63,051 bases of DNA, filler included, from Chiloscyllium plagiosum (GCF_004010195.1; 4 parts of one record of this genome joined end to end with filler, not necessarily neighbours in it), one strand, 5' to 3'. Counted from the first letter of the whole stretch, positions 49,517 to 62,851 are shown. Notes: generated by a model from the letters alone, not told the origin. A program made the numbers and translations.

Positions 49517-52100
49517 AGAGTCATAGAGATGTACAGCATGGAAACAGACCCTTCGGTCCAACCCATCCATGCCGACCAGATATCCTAACCCAATCTAGTC
49601 CTACCTGCCAGCACCCGGCCCATATCCCTCCAAACCCTTCCTATTCATATACCCATCCAGATGCCTTTTAAATGCTGCAATTGTAGCAGCCTCCACCACA
49701 TCCTCTGGCAGCTCATTCCATACATGTACCACCCTCTCCATGAAAATGTTGCCCCGTAGGTCTCTTTTATATCTTTCCCCTCTCACCCTAAACCTATGCC
49801 CTCTAGTTCTGGACTCCCCGACCCCAGGGAAAAGACTTTGCCTATTTATCCTATCCATGCCCCTCATAATTTTGTAAACCTCTATAAGGTCACCCCTCAG
49901 CCTCCGACGCTCCAGGGAAAACAGCCCCAGCCTGTTTAACCTCTCCCTGTAGCTCAGATCCTCCAACNNNNNNNNNNNNNNNNNNNNNNNNNNNNNNNNN
50001 NNNNNNNNNNNTTAATTAATTAANNNNNNNNNNNNNNNNNNNNNNNNNNNNNNNNNNNNNNNNNNNNACAGGAATATACTTTCTCTGGATTCTCATTATC
50101 TCATTTCTGAAGGCTTCCCATTTTCCAGCCATCCCTTTACCTGCGATATCTGCCCCCAATCAGCTTTCGAACGTTCTTGCCTAATACCGTCAAAATTGGC
50201 CTTTCTCCAATTTAGAACTTCAACTTTTAGATCTGGTCTATCCTTTTCCATCACTATTTTAAAACAAATAGTATTATGGTCGCTGGCCCCAAAGTGCTCC
50301 CCCACTGACACCTCAGTCACCTGCCCTGCCTTATTTCCCAAGTGTAGGTCAAGCTTTGCACCTTCTCTAGTAGGTACATCCACATACTGAATCAGAAAAT
50401 TGTCTTGTACACACTTAAGAAATTCCTCTCCATCTAAACTTTTAACACTATGGCAGTCCCATTCAATGTTTGGAATGTTAAAATCCCCTACCATAACTAC
50501 CCTATTATTCTTACAGATTGCTGAGATATCCTTATAAGTTTGTTTCTCAATTTCCCTCTGACTATTCGTGGATCTATAATACAATCCCAATAAGGTGATC
50601 ATCCCTTTCTTATTTCTCAGTTCTACCCAAATAACTTCCCTGGATGTATTTCCGGGAATATCCTTCCTCAGCACAGCTGTAATGCTATTCCTTATCAAAA
50701 ATGCCACTCCCCCTCGTCTCCCTTTCTATTCTTCCTGTCGCATTTGTATCCTGGAACATTCAGCTGCCAGTCCTGCCCATCCCTGAGCCATGTTTTTGTA
50801 ATTGCTGTGATATCCCAGTCCCATGTCAAGGTTAGGAACATGAGTTCACCTGCCTTCCCTGTTCAGCCCCTTTCATTGAAATAAATGCAGTTTAACTTAT
50901 TAGTCCTACATTGTCCCTGCCTGCCCTGACTGTTTGACTCACTTCTGTTCTCAACTGTACTAGTCTCAGATTGATCTTTTTCCTCACTATCTCCCCGGGT
51001 TCCACCCCCCCACCTTCCTAGTTTAAATCCTCCCAAGCAGTTCTGTGAAATTTCCCTGCCAGTATATTAGTCCCCTTCCAATTCAGGTGTAATCGGTCCT
51101 CCTTGTACAGGTCACTCCTATCCCAAAAGAGATTCCAATGATCCAAAAATGTGAATCCTTCCCCCATACACCAGCTCCTCATCTGCTCTATCCTCCTATT
51201 CCTGTCTTCACTAGCTCGTAGCACTGGGACTAATCCAGATATTACTACCCTTGAGGACCTCCTCTTTAAATTTCTGCCTAACTCTCTATAACCTCCCTTC
51301 AGAATCTCAACTTTTTCCTATATCGTTGGTTCCAATGTGGACAATGACCTCTTACTGGCCCTTTCCTCATGAGAACATTCTGCACCCTTGCTGAGACATC
51401 CTTGATCCTGGCACCAGGGAAACAACACACCATTCTGCTTTTTCTCTGCTGGCCACAGAAACTTCTGTCTGTACCTCGGACTACAGGATCCCTTAACACA
51501 ATTGATCCTCTGGAAGCCAACGTACCCCTCGTTGCATTAGAGCCAGTATCAATACCAGAAACTTTGCTGTTCGTGCTACATTCTCCTGAGAATCCATTTC
51601 CCCCTACATTTTCCAAAACAGCATACCTGTTTGAAATGTATATACCCACAAAAGACTCCTGCCCCAGGTGCCTGCCTCTCTTATCCTTCCTGGAGTTGAC
51701 CCATCTATATCTGAGACTTTTCCCCCCTTCCTATAACTGCCATCCATCACATACTGTTGCTGTTGCAAATTCCTCATCGCTTCTATCTGTCTCTCCAACC
51801 GATCTACTCGATCTGATAAGATTTGCGGCCAACAGCATTTATGGCAGATATAATCCGCAGTAACCCTTAAACTCTCTTTAAACTCCCACATCTGACAAGA
51901 AGTACATCTCACTGCAAAGGCCATTTTTGCTTCTTCACAATCTACTCTCTCTCTTCCCCCCCCTCCCCCCCCCTGCACTGTCCTCACCATGTGCTTCCTT
52001 TGTCTGTTCTTCTCCCCATTAAAACTTCTGTTGTTTGGACTTTTTTTTCCAAAACAATGCAACAGCATATAAAACAGTAATTGCTGCTCCTGGAAAATGG
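49517..52100 (-). mobile_element. Young CR1 (HER1-type): 3' end, gap, endonuclease, ORF1, 5' UTR
   Basis: LSYRERLNRLGLFSLERRRLRGDLIEVYK; MVGDFNIPNIEW..SDHN; MAFAVRCTSCQMWE..CHKC zinc finger; most of the RT falls in the gap. Confidence 0.94.
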
Positions 52101-53032
52101 TGTTACTTCTTCCTCCTCTTCTAAAATCCATTCTCTCTTAAAATGGATTTAGTCAATAACTCTCTTCCTGTCCCCTTCGTCTATCCACCTGGAATTCCCT
52201 CATTTTAAAATCTTCTTTTCTTGCAGAATTCTGGTGAAAAATGATGAAGTGTGAATAGATTTATGAAAAATTGCAATAAAAAGCAATTGTTGCCTCGAAG
52301 ACCACACTTATTATGTTTGCTTCACTTTTGACAACACTAGTTTGCATAATTACTGGATAGTTATGTAATTGTGGAATTCTTCAACTTCACCCCCTTTCTC
52401 TGGTCATGATTATGTCATATATGGGTGGTTGTCAAATAAAATTTGTACCTTCTTTTGAAGTCTACAAAAATTCCCTCCTTCCTTGGTTTGAGGGTGAGCT
52501 AAGATGTGCAAGCCGATCATCTCTTTAATGTTGGATTAGATTTATATTTTTTGTTTTGTCTCTGTACAACTAAATATTTCTGTGTTTCTTTTCTACAAAT
52601 GCATAGAACATTTCATTTCAGAAACACCAACTTTCAGGGAAAAATTGAGTTCTATATACAGGAGACGGTTGCAGGAAAACTGCGATGTGCAGAACGTTGT
52701 ATCAGTTTGCATTTCTGTTGACAGGCTAAATGTGGAGACAGGGATGGGGGAACTAATGGGTTTCCTACTTCCTGTTTTGTTGCTACAAGGGAACAATGGG
52801 TAGAAGTCTTCGCACAAAGAACTGTTGAATGATACCAAATCATAAATTATGTCTTTTCTGCATCCCAGGCTTAGATTTAAACTGTATGTGTTCTTACAGA
52901 ATATACCGTTTTAGCTAAACTCATGTGCTTGTTAGTGTTAAATTGCAGTCTTGAACTTTTCATTTCAAGAACTATAAAAAGCACTGCTCATTTTACTTTG
53001 CAAATTATTTGTAATTGCATAGTGAGGCAAAA

Positions 53033-53365
53033 CTAATGTCGTTTACAAAATACCTTGCAAGAACTGTATCAAACGCGACATTGGACAAACAAGTAGAAAA
53101 CTAGCCACCAGGATACATGAATATCAACTCGCCACAAAAAGACATGACCCATTCTCACTAGTATCATTCCATACAGATGAGAAAGGACACCACTTTGACT
53201 GGGGCAACACATCCATCCTAGGACAAGCCAAACAGAGAATTCACACATGAGAATTCCTAGAAGCATGGCATTCCAACCAGAACTCTATCAACAAACACAT
53301 TGACTCGGACCCCATTTACCACCCCCTTGGAAAAAGAACAGGAAATGACATCACCATGGGAAATC
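53033..53365 (+). mobile_element. Poseidon-like PLE GIY-YIG fragment
   Basis: NVVYKIPCKNC..IGQTSRKLATRIHE, EFLEAWHS. Confidence 0.88.
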
Positions 53366-53627
53366 ACTAGGGTCCCAGGTTCGATTCCAGCCTCGGGTGA
53401 CTGTCTGTGTGGATTTGCGCATTATCCCCATGTCTGCATGGGTTTTCTCCGGGTGCTACCACAATCCAAAGATGTGCAGGTTAGGTGAATTGGCCATGCT
53501 AAATTGCCCATAGTGTTAGCTGTATTAGTCAGAGGGAAGTTGGTCTGGGAGGGTTGCTCTTCGGAGGGTTGGTGTGGACTGGTTGGGCAGAAGGGCCTGT
53601 TTCCGCACTGTAGGAAATCTAATCTAA
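53366..53627 (+). mobile_element. HE1-type SINE (5'-truncated)
   Basis: B-box ggttcgattcc, HE1 core, tail aatctaatcta. Confidence 0.9.
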
Positions 53628-55136
53628 AATACCAGCTTCATATCTCGGCTAACTCTCTCTTTATAAGTGATCTCAATCCTAAATCAAACAATACCCACCA
53701 TCCGTATATCTTTAACAAAATTAGTCAATGAACCGTTCAGGCTTTGCTGAGGGTAAAAAAGGTGCGAGAATGGTAATTCCGTCGGTGAGTGCTTCGATTA
53801 GATGGACTTACACTGCTAGGATCTGTTTTTGTGCCCACAAGCTGCTCACTGCTGCAGAATCGTCTTAAATTTAAAAGATAATGCCCATGTTCTCTTTTCT
53901 GTTGCAAGTTGCTATCTTAAATCCTCTCTCTGTCTCTTCCACCTTCACCCTCAACAATAAATGCAAGGAACACCTTTGTTTTTTTTGGCACTAAGATCCA
54001 GCGCATCTAATAGCTGTCACTGCCACATCGCACTCTCCACTTGCTCGCTGGTTCAAACATCCTGTAAAGTTTCCCCACCGCACTAAATCTGAACTCTTCT
54101 CTCATTTCTGCTTTGTTTGTCCTCATGTTCTTGTTGCGCTCATCTTGCTGATAAGACACACCCCTGCTCTATTTACCCTATTCCCACTGAAAAACTGATG
54201 TCCCACTGAACAACTGATGTCCTAACTTTCCCTATTGATCTCCATGTTAATAATTCTCTTTTTCAACTGCTTTTCCCATCTAATCTAACTCTGCCATTTT
54301 CAACCTCTCATAAAAACCTTGAACCCACTATACTTGAATAGTTTTGTCACATTTGTAACCTCCCTCGCTCTCTTTTTAATGTCCTTGACCTTTTACTAGC
54401 TTGTATTAAAGGCTGCCCAACAGTGGTTTACGTCTTCCATTCGGGGTTGCAATCCCTATCTCTGACCCAGATCAGGCAACATTATCCACTGTTAATTGCC
54501 TCCATTGTTTTTCTTCCAACGGAGGATTCTGAAGAACTCAGCAAACATTTTTACAGCGCTTGCTGTCATATTCCGGTAAGTAAAAAGTAATAAATGCATA
54601 AAGCTTCTTTCAAAAACTACAGAGGGAGGTTATGTGATTATGATGTGGGGTCTGGTCAGGGACTGTTGAGAGTAATTGGGTTAGCTGATGGGCAAAGTTA
54701 GTCAGATCGAGGCTGATAGCATTTTTGGGAGTTTTGGTAGTTGTAGGATGAGATGTTCATGAGTGGAGGGTGTTTGGATTGTAATATAACACACACGTGC
54801 GCACGCACACACTTGCATGCAACCAATGATTTTTTTTCACCTCATGTATCACTGCCGCATATTTTGGATAGAGCTCTCATTTAACATTCTAGCCACTGAT
54901 CCACAGTTAGAGATCCTAAGACTAACATAATTTTACTTGTAACTCCAATACTTATTTTTCCCTCGTCTCATAATCATCTTAACATTGAAAGGTATCTTGT
55001 TAAATTCAGACAAAGTTTGCAATTTAGCCAGATCTTCCTTTGTTTTATGCAATCTTGCCAAATTCAGTGGGTGTAATTGCCAAATGTTACTAATTATGTC
55101 TGTATTCTAATTCTGAAGTCTCAGCACCCAAATGTT

Positions 55137-56700
55137 TATTACAATTTGTATTTGCATATCGCCTATACCTTGGAAAAACATCTTGGTGTCACTCACTTGA
55201 AGAGTTGTTAGGGTATGTAAGCAAAAGTTTGGCAAAAGAGATAGATTTTAAGCAGTATTGTCAAGAAAAAAAAAGAGGCAGAGGGGTGTTTGGAGAGGGC
55301 ATTCCAGAACTTGAGACCTTGCAGGTGAAGTTGTGGCTGCGAATAGTGGACTGACTAAAAGTGGTTGCTTAAGGGGATGGAATAAGAAGAGGACAAATAT
55401 CTTGAAGGTGAAGCAGCAAGATACCAGAGTTGGGAAGGGGACAGACCATGGAGTCAGTTTAAAAGCAAGGGTGTGAATTTAAAATTTGGCTGTGAATAGG
55501 TGAGATAGTATAGGGTGAAGGGTGAATGGAATATGACATCAGTTAGGACATTGGCAGTAGGTATTAGATGATCTCAAGCTTATGGAGGGGAAGGTGGCTT
55601 AGAATAGTCAAGTGACAAAACTATGGAGGAGAGTTTCAGCTGCAGATGTGCAGAGGAAAGGGTGAAATCTTGGAGAGTGGACATAGAAGGTTTTGATGGC
55701 CACAGATGTGTGGTCAGAAGCTCCTCTTTGTATCAGTTATGACAATAAGGTTGTGAATGGTCTAGTTTAGCCCCCAACACTTAGTGTGAAGGTGAATGGC
55801 ATCATGGGAAGACAACAAAATTTTCGGTAACAAATGAAGAAGATGGATTTGGCCTTTTCTAAATTTCATTGAAGGAAATATCTAGTTCTGCACATTAGAG
55901 TAAAAAGTTTGACAATTTAAAGAATGAAGGAGTCAAGAAAGGTGGTGGTGAAGTGCAGCTGGTACACTATGTCATCAGTGTACATTTAGAATTTGATACT
56001 GGCTTAATGAACAATATTGATGAGCAGAGGAGAAATAGGAGGGAGCCAAGGATGGAACCTTGGGTGACAGCAGTTCAGGAATGGAGAGAGATTGTGTGGG
56101 AAAGGTAAGAGCTGACGAAATGCTCAAGGACTTGAGAGGAAAGACGTTTGAAGATGAAGTAGTGGTTTGTGAAGATGCCGGAGTATGGGTCTTTGTTTTT
56201 GATGGTAAAGATGTTAATGAAGGCGAAGGATACCTGGAGAAAGCCAACTCTTAAAAATATCAGTTAAGATGGGAGTCTGGGTGAACTCAGAAGCAGCATG
56301 AGAAAAATAGAAAAGAAAGGAGAGAAAGATGCACATTCAGGTATAACTCCGAGGGAATCCCTAAAGGCCCGGTGGGTGAGGAAAAGATGGGAAATGGGAG
56401 AGTTGAATGGATGGTTTTAAACCTAGTAATAAAGAAGCTCATAAAATCCTTGGGCTTTTTTGTGGAGATTAGTGAGTGATAGGTGGGAGAGAAGATTTTA
56501 AGATGAAGCTTTGCAGTAACAAAGAATCTTGTTCTCTTTTATAAAAGTGAAAAGTTTTGTTTTGGATGTAAAAGCACCTGATAATGTTTTATGAGCTCCA
56601 GCCAGAATGGATTGTGAAGAGTAAATCAGTTGTTTGCCATATACATTCAAGTTGATGTCCCTTGACTTGGAGAGAACCGCTGGTAGAAGGAGAGGGTGTC
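55137..56700 (-). mobile_element. Ancient L2-clade LINE remnant
   Basis: Reverse QGSILGSLLF, YTDD and SAAETL..FVT..DYS remnants; L2-like 3' tail at about 55140-55200. Confidence 0.65.
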
Positions 56701-57883
56701 AGTATACTTTGAAGGAACATACTCATAATATTGTCACTAAAAGCATGTGACTTGAGGGTCTAAAACGTCTCCTACTCCATCTGACTTCAGAACACCTGAG
56801 CCATGTCATGCTACTGAAAGCATTGTGCAATGTGTAACTAAGTGGTTTAATGTTTACCCAAACGCACTGACTGTGAATGTAATGCTTGTGTACAATAATC
56901 CATCATCATAAACTTCTGTTGAATTATTTAATACTGTAATATCTATGCCCAGTTGTTTTATGTTAGGAGGGACAATATAAGTGTTGCTGTATGAGGTAAA
57001 ATACTCTGCTTGAGAAAAACTCTCATTAATTCCTGGGATCTAAAAGCTGGAGCTAAGGTTTCGCTTATGCCAATGGGTGGCACTCGATGTATTGAGTGAC
57101 GGATTAAAAGTTGGGACTTTGAAAGTACATTGGGAGAAAGTTTCTTCTAGGGGCTGATGCAAAAGTTTTTAATTGGGAAAAGGGCTATGAGTGGAGACTA
57201 ATATAAGGAAGTGACCAGAGATTTGTGGTTGGCAATGATTCATCTTCTGTGGAGTTGACCATTAATAAAAATAAAATTAGTTTCTCCTTCAACAGCCTGC
57301 TCATTTCCTCTTGTGGAACTGTGACCATCTTAATACAATCTGACTTACGTATTTTGGTTCTTGTCTCTGGAAGTTGTGTTATTGAAAGTTATTCCCTCTC
57401 TTGTTTCGGTATTAATTTTGAATTTTCTTTATACATCTGTATTTTTTTTATCTTTTGACATCTTCCACTTTACATTTTCCTTTCTTTGTATGATCCTCAG
57501 TGCCAACTTTCTTCTTGCCTCTCAGTCTTAAGGTCTGATCTCATTCTTCATTGCTGCCCAGGTGCAAGTTGTAGACTTATGCTGATGCCTGAAATTCCAA
57601 GCCCGCCTTGGGAAGAGCATGGAAAACGCAGGATCCAAATGAAGAACTTTCACCAAAAGCTAATTTTCTTTTTGAAGCTGGTTCCAATATTTCCCATTGG
57701 TGTGTTTCTGATTTAAAACATAATTGTAGTAAGGATTTGTGGCAGGTTTTTCAGCAACCACATGAAAGGTGATACCTATCCTGATTCATGTTCTGGTAGT
57801 GATACCTCCATTACTGAAAACTCTTAAGGAATGTTACAAGCAGAAGCTATTTAAAAGCAATGCCAGTGACATCCCTCAACACA

Positions 57884-58682
57884 GGAGAAAGTGAGGACTG
57901 CAGATGCTGGAGATCAGAGCTGAAAATGTGTTGCTGGAAAAGCACAGCAGGTCAGGCAGCATCCAAGGAGCAGGAGAATCGACGTTTCGGGCATGAGCTC
58001 TCCTTCAGGAATGAGGAAAGTGTGCCAAGCAGGCTAAGATAAAAGGTAGGGAGGAGGGACTTGGGGGAGGGGCGTTGGAAGTGCGATAGGTAGAAGGAGG
58101 TTAAGGTGAGGGTGATAGGCCAGAGTGAGGGTGGGGGTGGAGAGGTCAGGAAGAAGATTGCAGGTTAGGAAGGTGGTGACTGAGATGAGGTGGGGGGAGG
58201 GGAAATGAGGAAACTGGAGAAATCTGAGTTCATCTCTTGTGGTTGGAGGGTTCCTAGGCGGAAGATGAGGNNNNNNNNNNNNNNNNNNNNNNNNNNNNNN
58301 NNNNNNNNNNNNNNTTAATTAATTAANNNNNNNNNNNNNNNNNNNNNNNNNNNNNNNNNNNNNNNNNNNNAATCCATCGAATTCAGCACCGCCTTCCTAA
58401 CCTGCAATCTTCTTCCCGACCTCTCCTCCCCCATCCCAGTCTGACCTATCACCCTCACCTTGTCCTCTTTCCACCTATCACATTTCCGACGCCCCTCCCC
58501 CAAGTCCCTCCTCCCTACCTTTTATCTTAGCCTGCTGGACAAACTTTCCTCATTCCTGAAGAAGGGCTAATGCCCGAAACGTCGATTCTCCTGTTCCCTG
58601 GATGCTGCCTGACCTGCTGTGCTTTTCCAGCAACACATTTTCAGCTCTGATCTCCAGCATCTGCAGACCTCACTTTCTCCTC
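57884..58682. mobile_element. Young family A PLE: inverted pseudo-LTR arms on either side of a gap
   Basis: 57884-58270 (minus) and 58371-58682 (plus) are near reverse complements. Confidence 0.85.
58554..58585 (+). ncRNA. Minimal type I hammerhead ribozyme (family A, intact core)
   Basis: TC-CTGAAGA-A GGGC TAAT GCCC-GAAACGTC-GA. Confidence 0.78.
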
Positions 58683-58878
58683 AAACATTACACAAGACCC
58701 TAGCATTATTTGTATAAGCCCTACCCTTGTTTGTTGTACCAAAAATGCAGCACATCACACTTATCCAAATTGAACTCCATCTGCCGTTTTTCAGCCCATT
58801 AACCCATTTGATCAAGATCCATTTGTAATCCTAGAAAGCTTGGAGCAAGTATTGAGAATAGAGAGGACACAGAATGTA

Positions 58879-59231
58879 CAGGTAGACAACCGCTTATCCA
58901 AAATCCCGAAATCCAAAAAGCTCAAAAACCCGAAGGTTTTCTCGTGAGGTTTTTTTCTCATTAACAAGGTTGTTTGTGTAAACAGTTCACCCAAGTCCAC
59001 ACCCACTCGATGTGTGTCACTCAGATGTGGCAAGGGGGAGGATGCAGCGTGGCCCAGCACTGGCAGATCTCAATTCGGTCTCAGGGCCCATTACTCACAG
59101 TTGAGTCTGCCGTTCAGTATGATTTTTAAAAATTTCACCATCAAACTGTCACTTATTGTGAAATTTGAAAAATTCTGAATTCCGAAAACCAACTGGTTCT
59201 GAGCATTTTGGATAAAGGATTGCAAAACCTG
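58879..59231. mobile_element. Tigger/MER2-like MITE
   Basis: TA-CAGGTAGACAACCGCTTATCCAAAAT ... ATTTTGGATAAAGGATTGCAAAACCTG-TA. Confidence 0.8.
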
Positions 59232-59235
59232 TACT

Positions 59236-60970
59236 ATGAATGGGGGACTTAAATGTCTACCATCAGGAGTGGCTTGACAGCACCACTGCTGATCAAATTG
59301 ATTGAGTGCCAAAGAATATTGCGGCTGGACTGGATCTGCAGGCTTCAACAGGTGGTGAGGGAACAAACAGGAGGGAGAAATATACATGACCTCATCCTCA
59401 CCAATCTGCTTGCTGCAGATGCAGCTGAATATGATAGTATCAGTAAGAATGGTCAATGAGGAGAGGACATCCTGCTTTTATATTGACAATACCTTACATC
59501 ATTTTGCTTGGTACTATCATTGCACCAAATAGGACAGGCTTCAAACAGATCTAGCAACTCAAGACCGGGCATCTGTGAGACGATGTAGACCATCAATTGC
59601 AGCCAAATTGTACTCCACGTAATCTGCAATTTCATAGCCTGCCATAATCCCCCACTCTACCACTACGATCAAGCTAGGAGACTACGATTGGTTCAATGGA
59701 GGGTGCAGGTATACATGCCAGGCGTGCAAAAATATCTAAAAATAGGTGCCAACTTCACAAAGCTACTAAACTGGACTACTTGCATGCCAACCATCATAAG
59801 CAAGTGATAGACACAGCTAAGCAACCAACAGATCATATCTAAGCTCTACAGTCCTGCTACATCCAGTCTTGAATAGTGCAGGCAGTTAAAAAAACTCACT
59901 GGAGGTCGAGGATCCACAAAGATCTCAACCTCAATCATGGAAGAGCCCAGCACATTAGTGCAAAAAATAATGCTGAAGTATTTAACATAATCTTCAGCCA
60001 GAATTGCCAAGTGGCTGACCCACATTTGCCTCCTTCAGAGGTCTCCAGCATCAGAGACACCAGCATTCAGCCAATTCGATTCACTCCATAGGAAATTCCT
60101 GAAATTCCTCAGGGTAGTGCCTTGGGTCCAACATCTTCAGCTGTTCCATCAATGATCTTCCTTCCAGGATAAGGTTATAAATGGGGATATTTTCAAATAT
60201 TGGAACCTGTTGAAAATCTTTCAAAAACAACGTTCACGGCACATAAGTTCCATCTCACACAATGACCATCTCAAAGAAGAGAGAATTTAACCAAAACCCT
60301 GAACATTCAGTCATATTACCATTGCCGAATCCCCCACTATCAACAATCTTGACATTATCATTGACCAGAAACTGAACTGGACCAGCCATGTAATTACTGT
60401 GGCTACAAGAACAGTTTAAAGGCTGGAATTCTGTGGCAAGCAACCTAATTGCTTTCTCCCCAATGCCTGTCCAAAGCACAAGTGAGACTGAATGAACTCC
60501 AATTGCCTGGATGGCTACAGTTCAAACAACAACCAAGAAGTTACATGGCATCTATGATAAAAGTGCCAACTTAACTGGAACCCCATTCACCACCTTGAAG
60601 ATTCATTCCCCACCACCTACAGTGCATACCATCTGTAACATGCACTGCAGAAATTAACTCAGGTTCCTTCAACAGCACCTTCAAAACCTGACATTTCTAC
60701 TCATTAAAAGGTCAAGGGCAACTGATACACAGGGCTACCTGCTGCAATCTACCTCCAAGCCACACACTAACTAACTTGGTATGGTTTCCTTCATTGTCAT
60801 TGAGTCAAAATCCTGGAAGGCCCCTCCTCACTGCAAACTCGGTGTTCCCACACCTCAAGGACTGCTGTGTTTGAAGGAAGTGTTTTATCACCACCTTCTC
60901 AAGGACAATCAGGGATAGGCAATAAAAATTGGCTGAGACAAATAATGCCCACATTTCACGAACAAATAAT
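59236..60970 (+). mobile_element. Second degenerate CR1-Zenon-like LINE
   Basis: GDLNVYHQEWL, LQQVVREQT..DLILTN, WFNGGC, IPQGSALGP; homologous to 35300-37357. Confidence 0.68.
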
Positions 60971-61182
60971 TTTAAAGAACACTGGGCTGCATTTGCCATC
61001 TCGCTGAATTTTAAAATGTACTGCTCCCAGACCAGCTGATGACATATCTGCTGCAACAATTGTAGGTAAATCTGAGTCGTAATGAGCTGGTACATCTGAT
61101 TAAAAGAGCACTTCTTTTATCTTTTCAGAGAAACTGTGTGCATTTTCTTCTCAGCATTATGCTTGGTCATGCCTAAGCAATT

Positions 61183-61638
61183 GCAGCACGGTGGCTCAAT
61201 GGTTAGCATTGCTGCCTCACAGCACCAAGGAAGAAACAAAAAATCTGTAGATGCTGGAATCCAAAATAGACAGGCAGGAGGCTGGAAGCTCACAGCCGGC
61301 CAGACTACATCAGGAGGTGGAGAAGTCGACGTGTCAGGTGTAGCCCTTCTTCTACACACAAAACATCGACTACAGCACCGGGGACCCAGACTTGATTCTC
61401 ACCCTTGGGCAACTGTCTGGAGGGAGTTTGCATATTCTCTCTATGTCTATGTGGGTTTCCTCCCACAGTTCCAAAATGTGCATCAATTGGCCATGCTAAA
61501 TTGCCCATACTGTCCAGGAATATGTACATTAAGTGGATTAGCCATGGGAAATACAGGGATTGGGTGGGATGCTCTTCAGAAGGTTGGTGTGGATTCAATG
61601 GGACGAATGGCCTACTTCTGTACTACAGGGATACTATG
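61183..61638 (+). mobile_element. HE1-type SINE interrupted in its tRNA head by a PLE pseudo-LTR (61232-61371)
   Basis: SINE head gcagcacggtggctcaatggttagc; approximate 13-bp TSD ACAGCACC(AA/GG)GGA at 61219-61231 and 61372-61384. Confidence 0.82.
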
Positions 61639-61757
61639 ATGTGTCAAATTAAGTAAACACCTTACTTTTGGTTTCCACGATCCCCATAAATCACTGAAAC
61701 TCTGTTACATTGTTCCTATGACATATAATAGGGGACTAACTTGTTCTTTGCTAATCA

Positions 61758-61933
61758 CAGAGGAACCTCGATTATCTGGCATTCGATTATCTGAATTTCA
61801 GATTATCCGGACAAGATCACAAGGTCCCGCTGCTTGGCTAAACTGTGTTATCCAGCATTTGATTATCCAGACATTCGATTATCCGAACAAAATATTACCT
61901 GCCCGTGTCGTTCGGATAATCGAGGTTCCTCTA
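61758..61933. mobile_element. Tigger/pogo-type MITE with internal TIR-like repeats
   Basis: CAGAGGAACCTCGATTATCTG ... CGGATAATCGAGGTTCCTCTA; internal GATTATC(C/T) repeats; the TA TSD is decayed. Confidence 0.75.
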
Positions 61934-62851
61934 TTTCTGCTGGTAAACTTACAATGCTAATTCTACCACTTCTCAGTTTCATTTGGGCCTTCCACATATT
62001 GAAAGCATTCCAATAAGGATAAGGCGTTTTCCATGGCTTCACTTTACCTTTGCAATTTCCTGCACCTTTATTTCCTTGCTGTTTTTCCAATCTCCTACTA
62101 AAAAATGCAATAGTGTTTGTAATGATCAAGATACCACTAATGGTGGTGCTGTGGCTCTTGAGAAGAATGTTAGTAACATGGAATCAAAGCTTGACCACTC
62201 ATGTCAAACTTTGGACAGTTTTTCTTCAGGAGAGACAAGTTCTGGGGACAAGTTCCTAGGGGGTGATCTCCTCAGACATTCCTTCAAAAGGTTAAATTAG
62301 TTACTTTTGTGGACTCTTTTCTTGTTCTTTGTACAGAGCATTTCTCCTCACCACTTTCATCGGGACTTCCAATGTTAACTCTGAGAAGCTGGGAGACCTC
62401 TCCTTCAGTCCATGAATAATCAGCATATGTTCCATTGTCTGTCAGCCACACATTCCTCAGCTCCAGGAGAAAATCCTTCAAAGAGATTGCATTCATTAGT
62501 TCACAACACTACACTGAATCTGTGCTTGACTGCTAAATATACATCTCCGTTTTAGCACCTTCAGACATTATTAAATCATTAGAATTGGCAATTATTCCCA
62601 AAATTGTGAGCTAAATCCAAACTTTTAAACCATCACATCTTATTAGCATAGATCCTACTTGGTGACTATATAAACTCTTTGTCCAAAATAAGACACCTAA
62701 TTTTTTGGGAGTAATATTCTTTCAACTTACTCCACCAAAAAATTAAACCAAACGTTAACCTAATTTTTGCTTTAAAAAAAAACAATGTATCTACAAGCGA
62801 AAAGCAGTTTTGCTTTTACTTAAAAAAAAATTCACTTTCATTGGCCTTTTT

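Noticed and set aside
54182..54222. 19-bp tandem duplication, plus poly-C at about 10329-10346 and CA/TG tract at about 54787-54812
   Set aside because: Ordinary slippage-type simple repeats
61758..61933. Short GATTATCC repeats with spacers, superficially CRISPR-like
   Set aside because: Internal TIR-derived repeats of a Tigger-type MITE in eukaryotic DNA; no cas genes and irregular spacing
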